Assembly: GCA_002633005.1 (NCBI GenBank) | Contig: NMRA01000087.1 | Location: 989,080 to 1,053,079, forward strand | Reading direction: 5' to 3' | Origin: Phoronis australis | Lineage: Eukaryota; Animalia; Phoronida | Length of the DNA stretch: 64,000 bases | Shown: piece after piece, positions 26,701 through 41,700 of the stretch | How the letters are laid out: each line of letters opens with the position of its first letter | Position numbering within the stretch: position 1 is the first letter of the stretch | Position numbers and translations under genes: made by a program | Notes under the pieces: generated by a model | What the model was told of the DNA's origin: nothing | The model's input: the letters and a program-made list of their open reading frames with translations, nothing else | Databases searched by the model: none

Positions 26701-29700
26701 GCTTGAGTTCCACGGCCTCCACAGGTGCCGAGTGCATTAAACCCAGCAGTGTGCCCATATCATCCTCACCCCCTGATGAGACGATCAGCTGTTGTACGAT
26801 ACGGAGCACCTGCTGGCGACAGTCGGGGTAGGGCACCATGTTGAGAGCACAGCGGGCGCCGCCGCACTCACGGAACACTGCTGTGAAGAGGAATACAAAA
26901 GGTCAAGACAAGGTCGTCATAGAGACAAAATAGTCAGGATTACAGTGCCTCGCCTGCAACGGTTCATTACTCATGGCTCGATATTTACTGGGTAGTGTTG
27001 CTAACAGAACGGTCCTCTTTCCAAAATCACTGAGTCTCAAAATAAAATAACTTTTTGAAACAGTCATATCTTAAACCTTTGCTTTTTAAACCCACAATTC
27101 AAATTTTCTAGGCCCTGCTATAAACCTATCACAGAATAAAGCTTTCAGGAATCAGTAGGAATGCAAATGTATATTATAGATTCACATAAACAATGTAATT
27201 TTTTTTAAACCAAAATTTAAATTGTAACAATTATCAACAAACGTGCAAACCAAAAATAAGTCCAAAAATTAAAAAGAAAATAAAACAATCTCCTGATGAA
27301 ATCAAATTTTTCTGTGACCATTGCCATTTGTACCTGCGTTGTTACTGTTGCCACTCAATAGTATGGACAACGCTTCCATCACCAAATTGCCCAATACTTG
27401 TTGTTCTTCCGAGATGGGAGTTTTTTCTGAAATGAAAATACACAATATTTATCACAAATGTGAGGCAATTACACATTCAACAAAACAAGCAGGTTTACCA
27501 AAAGCTTCAAATACAGCTTACGAAAGAGGATTGTCCATAAATCATGCCAGAACATCACTGCCCTCTATAAGTCTCAAATGCAACTAATCACAGTGGAATG
27601 TATCCCCCACAATGCTTACGCATTTTCATAATGTAATCAGCAGTTGTCAACTCTTTATTACCATACTTCATAACTAAATGACTTCATCTTAGTGTTTATT
27701 GTCTCATTTCTTTTAAAAACGCATCACTGGGTGTATATCTATAACTTATCAATTGAGTTTGATAGTGAAAAATGTACCGTACTTGGCACATGGTAAGTTG
27801 CAATGAGCTTCTTACAATACAAGCACGAAACTATAATGTGCACCAAACTACAATGAACACAAAACTTTCACTTCTCACTCACAACAGCCACGAGCATTTA
27901 CCAACATCGTAGCTTACAATGGATTTAAATGTCAAACAAACGACTTTATAAAAGAACTTGACTATTGATCAAAATTCATTCCGCACCTTTGCCGTCCGCT
28001 GATTCCTTGAACAGCGCAGCATGCCGGTGCAGACATGTGACAATGACCTCGAGCAGGCCGACCTCTCGGCACACATCCTTGAAGACAGCCTGGTAGCGAA
28101 CCATCTTCAACAAGCTTCGAATGCAGATGGATGTACATGCGATGGATCTGGTAGAAAATAGCAGAGATGTGATTATCTTAAATACTTGCAACTAGGAGCA
28201 AGGAACTTTTCTCAAATTAGACATCTAACAAATGAATCAAAGACACAAAATACCTTGAATTTCATGCTGAAGAAGCGATACAGAATTTTAAGTAAGGGGG
28301 TTTTGTAGGCAAAGTACTAAGAATAATTAGAAATAAATCATACACATTATTCCTTCACAAAAGTTCATTAGCCTCTAGTTTCACATTTTGACTGTAGTTT
28401 TAATCACTATAATCTTGGCAAAACAAACATAAATGCTTAGTTAAATTTTCATTGTCAAAATTTGTATAATTTTCAAAAAATAATAGACACAGTCAAAAGC
28501 TGAGGCAGTTATAACTGATGAACCGTTTTAAACCTAGTATACACGGTGACAATGTGGCTTGCAACATGTAGCAGGCATTGATGATTCATAACAATCACCC
28601 CACATGTTGAGCTGCATGCTGTGATCAGACAGTGAACTCAGCGGGAAGTCAGTTCTTGAATATCATTACAAGGAGTTTTTGATGCCAATCTTGATCCACG
28701 GTCCACTGAAACACGGTCTCACGAATCAAGTGCGAGTACAAAAAATCACAAGTTCCGGCTTATGGTTATAGCAAAAAATAAAACAAAGTGACAATTGAGT
28801 AAGTAAGAATTTTAGAAACTTACTGTTGCATTTTGATGAGGAGACTTAAGGAGATGAGTTCTTTACATGGTATGAAGTTGAGGTGGAAGATGACAAATTC
28901 TAATATCTCAAAGAACTTAACCTGGAAATGAAATGAATATGTGTTAAATACAAAATCATTTAACCCAACAACAAATCGACTGTAACAAATGTAGTTAGAA
29001 ATCATTTAAAACATCAACTCTCAAGTTAACATTTCATCCACAAAAGATATCAAATTTCTATGTTTCACTTTGATGGCTTTAGAAACAGTGAAAAGCATTC
29101 TCCCCTAGCCACAAGAAAGTACCTGAATTTCTGGTGGTTTAAGATGTATCTTCTCGGCAAACTGAGACAGGGTGTTTTCTGGCTCCAGAATGAAGTAGTT
29201 GGCGTTGTCTTGGTGATAAATACTGCTAATAACATCTAGTATGACACTGCATAGATGTGTTGACTGGGCCTGAAAGACCATGTAAACTAAGTTGCCAACT
29301 GGACAATTAAGACCATGTGAACTATGTTTTACCAATACAACAATTTTATTTCATTTACCAGGACAGTGATTTTTTACGAGATATCAACGTTGATAATTCT
29401 TTTATGATGATAACAAATTGAACGGTTACCAACTATGAAGTGATGGCATTTTAAGGAAATGTACGTTCTTCAGCAGCGATCAGAGTTAAAATGTATAAGT
29501 GCATGAAAACAATGTCCTGTCAATGAGTAACACAACAGTTGTTCTTTTCTTAAAAATTGTAAATTTAGATTTTGTGACATGAGCAGTTCAATGACTTCTA
29601 CAAACAAATGAATTTTGCACAAAACTGTTTCTATATTCTACTTCCGTTTTTGTATTCTACTTGATATGTTTCTGAATTCCAGCAGGCTTAATTATCACGA

Positions 29701-32700
29701 CAAAGTTAGCCCACACATAATTGTTTCAATAGAAAATATCTTCTGTAAGAATTACCAAAGAACCAAAACCTGAACCAACTAATGAAATCATGACACAACA
29801 ACTAGAAGGAGTTTACACTCACCTTCATAAACACAGACTGTAATACTTGGAAGGCTTGGAGATTTCTAACACTGATTCCTAGAGTGAAGAGTATGAGTTC
29901 ATTAGACATTTACAGCAATGTTTGATCAATGAAATAGAAACAACCTCCGTTTAACTTTTAAAAAAGGTTAATTGTAAACAGTAACTCAGGATTGACATAC
30001 ATGCTAAAGGTGAAATTGCAAAACCAGTCACTAAACAGCAAATCAAGAATTAAAAAAAAAATAAATTTTGCTGCTTCAGAGGTGCTCACTTCAAATAATT
30101 TACGATTATGTATAATCTTTAAAACTACAACACTATAGAGATATGGACTAAGGATTATGTCAGGTTACATGGACTGATTCTGAGGGCAATGTCAGGTTAC
30201 ATGGATCATTGCTTTCTCTGAAGTTCATATAACTTGACATAGACAAATGATTGCTCTACATTTGTTTCAGTACACAACCACTCATGATTCTTTCCTCTGA
30301 ATCCTTCATAATAAATATTAGGTTGGCATGTTTTAACTGCTTGTTTCATTACATGGTCAGCAGTTTATGGTTTCTGCAGCCTCTAATTGGTCAGTTCACT
30401 CAAAATAAGCGACATCTGTAATCTGGGCAGTTTGCATAAAATGTGACATAGCCTGGCTGTGCAACATCACCGCATGACGGAAGTCATCGAACTGCATTTT
30501 AGCCAATCAGAGGACAGAAGTATCATTGGTGGTGGTGTAACAACTCAACACGATCTTGAGCAGCCATGTCACAATCTTTTGTTAGAAAAACAAAATTAGA
30601 CAAAAACAGGAAATTTAAGCTACTGCTATCAGAGGAGTACTAACGAGAATATGACGCAAGTGTAGAGATCCGTCAGTCAAGACACATCACAAAAGATACA
30701 GATTTACACCCCTCCCCCCTCCCCGACATTTGCTATCAACATAGGCTGACTACTGCAACAAGGATCTACACAGCTACTAGGATTTAAGAGTCAGGAAAAG
30801 GTGAATGTCTTCTAACTAATGAGGAAAAATGCGAGTGTCAACAAACAAGACAGTTCAAAGGCATAGTAGTGAAGTTGATCCAATTAATGCACTCTTACAT
30901 AAAACTCAATATGTCACTGCACAAGAAGAAAGGTTCTTGTCGATATTCAATTAGGAACACCAACCGTCATACCTGAGTTTTAACCCAAAAAATCACTTAA
31001 GACTTGCAATGCACGCAAAGTAAATCATACTGTGTGCTGATTAATTTATAGAGGGCAATCACACCGAAATTCTTTTTTGCACTTTTCAAAATGGGTTATA
31101 GCTATTTATTTTCTACTCATAAAAATAAGCTAGTAATAAATAGTACTAGTAATAAATAGTACTGCTTCATATCTCAGATCAATTTGAAAATAGTCCATAA
31201 TTAAGTAATAAGCAAAAGTTGCGTAATCTTGCGTTACCCAATACAAGGTATGTTCAGATTTGTTAACAGGTGACTGCCCTTTTATCATAACAGTATCATA
31301 ACAAACCTGTGTTAGTTGGGATTTTGGTGTTAAATGTTACTAACTAATAAATGTGAGCAGTGAAAACACACCAGACCCAGTACTTGCCTGCCTTAGTCAG
31401 ATAAACTAACCATGCAAGAAAACATTACACTGGTTACAAGTTATCAAATGGCAAGGCTTTGACCTTGGTTAAAGTTATACTGTGCGCTGCATAGAAGGGT
31501 CAAAAATGGCCAACTTCAAAGTGAGATAAAGTAAACGAGCGACAACAATGAGCTCCATTCTGACCACAAAAGCACGGACATCTTAATTTGTTTTACTTCA
31601 TGACTCGATTTCGTTAGGATTGCGAAATTAAATTTAAAAATTTAAACTCAATAATGTTTGAAAGGGATAGTCCAACAATCTAATAGCGATATTACCTAAA
31701 CAGCGTTCAATTTAACTTTAATATGGACCAGAATTATGTTTTCAGATAATCTTCAAATAGAAAATTAAGAGCTCATTTTTTAAAGAAATCATTTGATTAC
31801 ATAGAGCAGAAAAGTTGCATGTGGTGAAAAGTAAACAAGCTGATTTAAACGTTACTCTTTAGAATTTCTCAAGGTTAAAACGCAGTGAGCAGTTTTGACT
31901 GTTAAAAGAAAGTGGCACACAAACCAAAGCTATGGCTCACTGTTTACCTCTGGGCATTCCCCATTTATCTATTAAATCATAGGCAATCAAAACAATGAAA
32001 TAAACACATGCATCCCAAGTATTCCACAAGAAGTATCCGAAGTCTTATGAAGATGTGTCAAGCACTTGCCTAAGTGATAAGAAATATTCATGCATTTAAA
32101 ATCAACATGCACAATTATAACAAATTTGAGAAATGCTGTCAGCACAAGATTAAAATGCCCTCTGTATTGCTTAGACCCTTAAATCATCACAAACAAGAAT
32201 CTTAATTTCAAAAGATTTCCCCTAAAACATCCTCAGGTCATTGGGTCTTGTATGCAATTTCACGGAAAGTGGAAAATCTTAATTTTAAACCAACAGTGAA
32301 GTTAGTGTTCCGTTTAGACTGACCCTTCACTGAATTTTCTACCCCAACAGTCTCTGGCTAAATGCCAAAGAATTAACATTCAAAGCAAAACAAATCTAAC
32401 ACACCCAATTTTTACTCGACCCAAGAGGAAGATTACTTGTGAAGCTAACACAACACATTTTAAGGTACATACACAGATAATGAATCTGACCAATGAACAG
32501 ATATGTTCACGGCAAAGAATCACACGGTCATAAATAAACAAATTTTTTCAATATTTTCGTTATTTTGTGAAATAAGATGTCATTTCATACTTCTTTGTTT
32601 TCCCATTTACTTTCATTGCGATCAAATCTTCAGCGATTTTTTAAGTACTTTTGAAGTGCTTGCATGGTGACAATTCAGTATACATATCCACAACGAAATA

Positions 32701-35700
32701 GGCTACTTGGTCACACAACCGCATTTAACTAACACATGAGATTGATATAGCCAGACAGGCCAACTTGGCAAGACAGGATGAAAGAGAAAATTAAATTTGT
32801 ATTTACTCATTAACCATACAGATGTTAAGCTTAGTTTTCTTGATTTTTATTACACTATTAATTGATGATCAGTTGAAACAAAAGAAAATTTTAAAGCGAA
32901 AGATTTAATGAGGTACAAAAAAGACGAGTTCCTCGCCTGGTACCACCATGTACTTAACATTTGATTAAAAAATTGACCAATTGCTTAGAAAGCTTTGAGT
33001 AAATATTCAACTTCAAGTTAATTTTGTTGTGGAGTCTCAAGGTGAAGTTTGGTGGACCCAAGTCCAGCTACACAATAGCTGTCTACTGCCGAATTCCTGA
33101 CCAAATTAGTTTCAATAGCACATTCTTATCCACATTCTATGTATGATTCAGGCCTGGTCACTGCAGGACCAAAGAGAGAATGCCAGCCTAACACCTACCT
33201 TTACCCGCAGGTGATGGCAGAGTAAAGCCGGGCATGCTGAACAGCGAGCCTGAGCTGGCCTGACTCGGCCGCAGCTCTGTGAAGCCGCACGTGGTCAGAG
33301 AGCCAACCAACAGTACAAGGTTACGGAGAGCCTGCATGCTGTCATCCTGTAGATCCGTCTCTAATCTGGAAGGAAAAGCAAGCAATTGAATTACAGCTGT
33401 ATTGAGTGCTGTTTATGTAATATGACTATTACCTTAGGATATCCTGTTTCACACCATGGCTAGTGTAGAATGTTTCCTTATAAGTTGATGTCTAAAATGC
33501 CACAAAAAGTTGCGAAATTAGGCAAATTAACTTTTTTGTTTTCATTGGTCAGAATGGAGCTCATGGGTGTTAGTTGTTTATAACTAAACAATTTCATTTT
33601 CATTTCACCTTTATTTGAAGTTGGCCATTTTTGACCAGCCAAACTCGCATTATATATAATTTTGACTCCTGCGAATGGTGAATCACTTTAACACTGATAT
33701 TAGGAACCCCAGAGCCTCAAGTCAATCAGAGTGAGTTGGCTTTGAATTGGCTACACCGATTTTTCATTTTTAACATGGTAAGAGTGTGCCGTATCAGTCT
33801 GTCAATCTGCACTTGTAGAAATACTGTAAAAGTATGAACTAAATATCTCCATCATGTTAGATGTTACCTGAGCAAAAACTCAGACAAGTAGAGATAGCCC
33901 TGACAAGCGCGGAAGTCATCGAGCAGAACTTGAGAGACCTCGCTGGAGTCTTTGAGGAAGCAGAAGACCGTCACAAACATCTCGACCAATTCAAGGGGAG
34001 CTAACTCCTGTGACCGCTTCATATTATCGATGCAGAGTGACACGCATCCTTTGGCTGTAGGAACACAATAAGAAATATATTATGTTAACATGTGGTCACG
34101 GAGTAGAATGTGGTTTGGTGGTTGGGTGTGAATCGGTTTTTGTAATCCTTAATAGCATTCAACTGGTGACAGTTACAACCAGTCATATGGTAAAAAAATT
34201 ATTTGGTAGGACAGAACGTGGCGGAAAAAAAGAAATTACATGTTAATAAAATTCACCACTAAGAAAATTTAAATTCATTGGCAGCAATCTATAGATGTCA
34301 CTAATTTCTTGGACCATTTGGTGCAATTTGAGCACTTCCAGTAATGTAGTAAACCTCAAAATAAAGAAATGGCAATTTAAGAAATTAAATTTGACCCAAA
34401 TTGAAGATGTTTTTTCATAGTCAAAGATGCTTAGTTTCTAAATTACAACTGCAGTGCCATCTGGTGGATCAATGATAAGTGACCAAGACCAGGGTGGCAT
34501 ACCGTAGACCCACCTTCTTGTGAAAAAAGCAAGAACTCGCAAGATGTTACTAAATTACACGACTGGAAGATGAGGCATGTGTGTATGCTTGGGAATGTAC
34601 TAGCTTAACCTATCAAAATGGTGCTCGCTAAAGTGATTGGCCGGTGAGGTTGGAATGTTGAATTATGGGACTGGATTCATAAATTATTAGATACAGTTGA
34701 CTGGTTCTGTTTCACAAGATTGTTTGCCACGAGAGCAAGCTAATATCTTGGAGTCTATGGAATGAAGCCCAGTAACATACTCTCAGAGGTTAAAAGGCTT
34801 AGGTTGGGTATAGACTAAACAACCTCAACTGTGCCAAGCACTACATTTTGCTATGTATTGAGGACATACTGTAATGGGTGCGAGTGTAAATCCATCAGGC
34901 TCATCGGGCCAGCAGCTAACTCCGGTTTCTGTACATGAGCGGATGCCAGCATTTCAATTCCCCCTTACAAGGTGCTATCCCATCGCAGGTAACTTCCCAG
35001 CCATAGTTCCTACTCATACCTAGCTCAGCTGAGTGGAGCAATGCAGTTTATATGCCTTGTTCAAGGATACAACCACACTGCTGCAGTACCCAGGTATTAA
35101 ACGCATGACATTTCGGTTGAGGGTCAACCACACAAACCGCAAGGCAAGTGCAAAGCATCATCGCTTTCACAGAGGTTTTCTCCATGCTACATTGAGGGTA
35201 ATGCATTACTACTTAGCGTGGGTGTAACCGTGACAGCTTTTAACAACTTCAGACCAGGCATTGTGTCGTCATTACTCACACTCAAGTCATTTCACCACAC
35301 TGTGTCTCTGCCGAGAGATGCCGAAAGGCATCTGAGTCTAACCACGAGCCAAAATCCAATATGTAAACTTAAACACGACTACACTTTATTTTTGATATTT
35401 TCTGTTTTATTCCAGGTTTAATTATCTGATTTTGAGCTACATATAAGTGCAACATTTGAGATATAACTTGGAGTTTGATTGCATATTAACTGTATAGCTT
35501 CAATCTAGTGTTTCCCAAGCGTGAACTATTATAATGTAATCAACTGAGTGGATCATAAGGTGCCCCAGCACAACATCAAAGAAACGTACCTGGAGTCAAA
35601 TAGAAAATATCTAAAACAAGGTATAGTTTCTAAAATATTAGCACATCCTCAGAAATGGCTTTCACATTAAATCCAGGTTCACATTCACTCCCAAACCTCC

Positions 35701-38700
35701 ACCCTCAACTAAGACCATGCTCAAGGAGGTATGAGACGCGTTTGTGCAATGCTCGAGTGCCAGTAATGCCAGGATTTGAAACCGGGTCCCCCAGATAGGA
35801 GTCTCCTCAAAATATAGCTCAAGTTAGATTTCTGCTCAGAGCTGTCTCTAGCAGCTCTTGGAATGATCAATGACAAAAAAGAGGAAAAATTTCCAGGTGA
35901 TGTATCATTCCACAAATAGATTTGTGTGATAGAAATATTTTTGCGTTGTAAAATTTAACTGAAATAAACTTTTGCATGAATAAAGTCAAAATAATGACAA
36001 AATGAGAGGAAAAAGAGTAAACTGGAAATCAAAAAACAGAAAATTGAAACCAAAGAAGAAAATTCCAAGCCCTGCTCTAGATACTACACTATGAGTGCAT
36101 CATAAGTACTATCTATGGATACACTTAAGCCGGCTATAAACCCGTCGTCTGGAAAAAAAATAAGTTTTGACTTGGGACATTTTCCGCCATAAATCTGGTC
36201 TTAACTTGTTCTTTACTCGAATAAGACGTGGTCTTGGAAAGAACTGACATTTAGTAATTGCTTGATATCAGGCTCAATAAGTTGCCTTGTCATGGCAGGT
36301 AATTTATGCGCCGAGCTTGGTCTCAAGCACTAATGAATTGTCAGTTCTTCCATAGCCAAGAAACCATTCTTCAGTTGAGTAAGCGACAAGATGAGACCAA
36401 TTTTAAAGCATGAAAGAGTTCTAAATCGAAAATTAGTCTTTTGACAGCCACAGTCGGGTTTATAGACACTTTAGCTATCCTAAACACAAAAGTATGACAA
36501 CTCACTGTGGATGTACTGCACAACACTAGGTGTCAGTCCGTGTCGTGACAGAGTCATCAATACTTCAGCCGAGCTCTTCCTCCATGCTACGTTGTGGCCG
36601 GGGCACCAGCTGGTGATGGCACTGAACAGCAGTGTGAGGTCATCGCGCCGCGCCAGCTCCTCTGCAGGACCGGCATAGCTGCACAGCTTGATTAGTACCT
36701 GTGCATAGAAACAGTTGGTGAGGAAAAACAGGAAAGTTTCTGTAGGTACGCAAAAGGAACTTAAAACAAAACATATAACGAATGGAGTTACTTTGAGACA
36801 TTCTTAACAAAACGAAACTGGTCGCCAAAAGCATTTGACAAAGAAAATCAAGCTTATACAGAACTGGATGTGTTATGAAAAGTTCTTAGGAAAGGGATGT
36901 GAAATTTTCTGCTAACAGTATTTGATAAAAAATCCAAACATGCAAAAAAATAGAATTCTGGAACATTCTGAAGAATAGAATCATGAAACTGGTTACCAAA
37001 ACTATCTTACAAATAAAACCATGCTTATACCGATTAAGATTGGCTTAAGAAGTAAAATATGAACAGTAAACAAACAATCATTCTTATGGAATTGGTGGCT
37101 CACTTAAATGAACAAATGCAAAACACTTCTCTAGTCAATTAATGACTAATAATGAAGTATGAGCTTGCCTTGTCATTTCTCAGACTACAAACATTAAGGT
37201 GTCAAAAGAGATACCAGACACCTGTCAACTAACAAATGCCTGATAAGTGTCTCCAATTTTCTAGTAGAATACGGGCAATTCACGCTCAAGCCTAGTTTCA
37301 GCCCACCTGAACAAACATCTTCTGCAGCAGCACCCGTCGTTCCAGAGGTGAGAACTGGCTGATGGTTGCATTGGCGCCACCCACACCATTGCCATCCACA
37401 TCAGGCAGGTCAAAGAACAGATAGAGGCACTTGACCAGGGTGGACGGTAGAGAGTTGACCGTCATGCAGTCGATAAGACTCTGGCCACCACTGGTGAGTA
37501 AGTTAATGGTGCTAAGCAACATCCAACCATTGCTAGCCTCTTCCGACGACTCAATCTCCAGAAAGTGGGCAATGGCACAGCTGGCTGCCTCTGGAATAGA
37601 GAAAGACACATGGTCTGAATGAGGAAGCAAGTTGAGAGAACCAGACATCTGCACATGTCAAGGAACCAAACAATCTCTCTTCATATCTTGTACAATGTCA
37701 TAGAATCACATGCTCTAAACATTATGGAACATGTCTCACAACAAATTCTTTTGCATATTAAGCTGAATGAGAATAAGATGTCATTGCTCAAGATCTCCAA
37801 TATTGACAGTTGCTCACTTGCTTCAAAAAAATATTACGTGTATCTGCTTACAAACTATCCTATTTATCTATTGGGCGATATTCAGCAAAGGACACATTAC
37901 AACATAATTGCATTGTTCACTGGGAAATTGACACATGTATCCCCATAAAACACTCAGATAAAATATACAGTATGCATTGTGAGCAGCATTATCAGCCAGC
38001 TGACGAAGCCCCAGAACAGCTCTCAAAACCACCAGCTGCATGGCAACCCATCAATATTCTCAGTAAAGTGAAAGTGATTAACCAGCAGTTGCACAATAGC
38101 TACACTAATGCACCAACGCCTCACATCCTACCCAAACTTGTTTTACTAGGTTTCAAACACCGCTGATGATATAATTTATCGACTGGAGATTATTCAGGAC
38201 AACCAGATAAACAAAATCTCATCAATTTATATGGCAAAAACTGAATTTTTATTTCTTCATAATTTCATAAAAGGTAAGTTGCGCCAAATAAATGTTTTAT
38301 ATTTGTTACAGTTCCATGTCATTGCTACTATCGCACCATTGAATACTCTGTGATATTAAAGGCATTCACATTAGAACCCCTTGAAAAATGAAAAAGAAGT
38401 GCCTATCATTTTTGATAAGAAATTGGTGACATCCTATCGTAAACATTATGTTTATGCGAGTAGGCACACCCACTAGTTTCTTCCTTGAATAAGTTTTCTG
38501 ACATCACTCAACAACTGAAGAACATTTGAAATTGAATATCACATATACATCCAGCTAATGCATTTTCAAGAGCCTCAAACACTGTTGTGAGCGCCCACAA
38601 TCTTTAGAGAATGACGTCTGAAGGTAGCTTGGTTGGTTGGACCTAATTGCCTTTTATTCGAAAAACGGGGAAAAGTTTCACTTGTCGGCCATCGATATAT

Positions 38701-41700
38701 TGTGTACACGTTTGCCAACAGTATGATCAATTCAACACTAATCTGCCAGTAGACACCATTACTGCCGTACCCCCAGGCCATAACCCAGTACCCTAAGGGT
38801 TACATTTCATCTAGTTAAACCCAACACAAGTACTCTCAGCCCATAACAGTGAACCCTTAGGGTTACACCCATTACATCTAGATAAAACCCAACGTAAGTA
38901 CCCCCAGCCCATAACCGAGTTCATCTAGGGTTACACCCAGTACATCTACTAAAACCCAACCTAAGTACCCCCAGCTCATAACCGAGTGCACCTAGGGTTT
39001 CACCCAATACATCTAGATAAAACCCAACGTAAGTACCCCCAGCCCATAACAGTGTAACCTTAGGGTTACACCCATTACATCTAGTTAAACCCAACCTAAG
39101 TAACCCCAGTCCATAACCAAGTTCATTTAGGGTTACACTCAATACATCTAGTTAAACCCAACCTAAGTACCCCCAGCTCATAACCGAGTGCACCTAGGGT
39201 TACACACAATACATCTAGTTAAACCCAACCTAAGTACCCCCAGCTCATAACCGAGTGCACCTAGGGTTACACCCATTACATCTAGTTAAACCCAACCTAA
39301 GTAACCCCAGCCCATAACCAAGTGCACCTAGGGTTACACCCATTAAGTCTAGTTAAACCAAGAGAATGTTACAAAAGAATGTCAAATAAAAGTGAAAATT
39401 TCCTGAAAATTCTATGTGTGTGTTTAACTAAATGTGGGCATTAACCCAGGTTGCAATTTATTGGTGGTTGAGATAATGACCTCCTTATCAGGTCATCAAG
39501 AAACTGAGAAGAAATTCTGCCAAGGGTCTGGGAAATCGAACCCAAAACACCATAGCTAGGCACCTAATGTTTTAATCAATTCCCAACTAAGCCTTTAATA
39601 AAGCTTTTACAGCACAATGTCTGGCAGGACAGCATGAAAGGTTTAGTGCCATTCGCAACACTTCAGTGGAGCTTCAATAATTCAAAATAAAATGAACAAA
39701 CCGTTGATGCATAAAATGTTAGGCTTTCTGATCACACACTCTCTACCACTACAAACACCTCATTGAACAAACAGTACGTGAACGCTTGAACCACAAGAAA
39801 GGTGTTTAAAAAGGCCTAGCTTTTGCCAGAGGATCTCATAACAGAACAACGCCTACATGTTATCACAGGACTTTAACAGAAAGGAAGTGCAGTTGAGAAC
39901 AGTATGGTGCACAAGGGAATCTCAATGGCTAGGCAATGAAATGTCTAGGAAGTGAAGGATGACTCATGCTACGAATGTGACATAATTACAGACACTCACT
40001 TAAAGATGCCTTCAAGGTCTAAATTCACTTAAGCTGAATATTAGCAGTAAAATTTATCAGTCAAGTACATGACAGATCTCTTTCAGATATTTCTTATCAA
40101 AACAAAATTAAGTCAAGTTCATATAGCTGTATATCGTTTTTCAGGTGGTAAAGATGTTCATCAATTTTTGTGACTGTATTAAACTTTTGAGTAAAATCAG
40201 CGAATCTGAACATGTTTTATAATGCCACACATTGCATACCAAAACGCTTTACAATTTTAAATCGTACAAACAAGTCAAAGGTTGCTTGCTCGTAAAGCCA
40301 ACCTGTAATTCCACAAACAGACCACTCAACCACTGGCTATGAGCAAATAGAATAATATTCACCTCATACCTGTCAATATCTAGACAACAAAGCCTCACCA
40401 ACACTTAAATATTTATATATTAACACCTCCACCACACTAGAGAATAATAAGGATTTAATGTAATGCCCTAGTTGCAAATGTTCTAGAAACTAATTCAGCA
40501 AAATGTTTTGAAAACAGCTTCATTGAGGAAGAACAGAAAGGTAATTAAACTAAGTGTCATAAATTAAGTAGTAGTTGTTGTTGCTCTTTTATTGTCAGTT
40601 TATTTTCACTAGATGGACAGGTAAATGGATTCGTGTTAAAAAAAGGCCTGCAGATGTAATTATCAGACTTAAGTCCCGTTTAGACATCAACTTTTGGCCC
40701 GGCACAACTGACACGAAGCAAACTGACCCATGCCAAGCGGCTGTTTACATACACAACTCACTAACTGTGGCAAGACAGAAATTGCAGGCTGGAGAGACTG
40801 GATTGCACATGCGCAGGTTTACAAATGACGAGAGTTGCAGAGGCAAAGAACCTGTACATAGGTCATTAGGCAAGCGCAGTAGAGATGATCCTTTCCGCCT
40901 TGCCCCAGTTTCGCGTTAAGACATATAATTGACATGGAGCAAGATGTTCAGGCGCAAATTGCTCTACCTCACAAAGGGGTGGCAAAAATTTGTCACCACC
41001 GTGTCAGTTTGCTCCGTGTCAGTCCGTTTACACACTGGAGCAACTCGTTCCGTGTCAGCTGATCTGTGTCAACATTGTAAGTGTAAACGGCACTTAAGTA
41101 ACAGGACTTGGAATCACCAATGACAAAAAAGAGGAAAATTTTCCATGCAAGTCTCTTCTAGGCAATTTTTGTGGATTTTTCATGGAATCTTAAAAATGTA
41201 TCGCATAAACGCAAAGAAAGCAGCCTCTTGACGAAAATTTTGTGGCAAAAATCCAGAGACAAAGTCCGCAAAAACTACATGAAAAATTAACCATTTCAAC
41301 AAAGACTCCAAACAAATCACAATAGCGTGCCCAACGGCTGCAGAAACATGGTGTTGTTAATCTGCATAACACCATGACTGTTCCAGCATAACTACTTATC
41401 TTAAGGTTATATAGGGCCATAGAAAAATGTCCAAATATGGCTAACATTGGAACATCACATCTCAGCAATGGCTCATCAGGTTTACATGAAACTGTCAGAT
41501 GCTTCGCTCTATGCTTTGTTCTCCAATGCGCAGCTGAGGAATTGTTTTTAAAATGCGCCACTTTTGCATGATGGGCTAGCAAAAATAGGACTTATAATTT
41601 TCATGAAAAAATCAAAATTTGCATAAAACATAAAAGAAATGAAAATTTAGAAAAACGTAACATCATATTTGAGTCATCAAGTGAAATCAAATTATGTTAC

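Noticed and set aside
38767-39359. Regular repeats superficially like a CRISPR array
   Set aside because: Units are contiguous with no unique spacers, in a eukaryotic intron with no cas genes.
40575-41123. ORFs sharing a peptide with 51112-51333
   Set aside because: Similarity comes from the two MITE copies; no transposase motifs seen.
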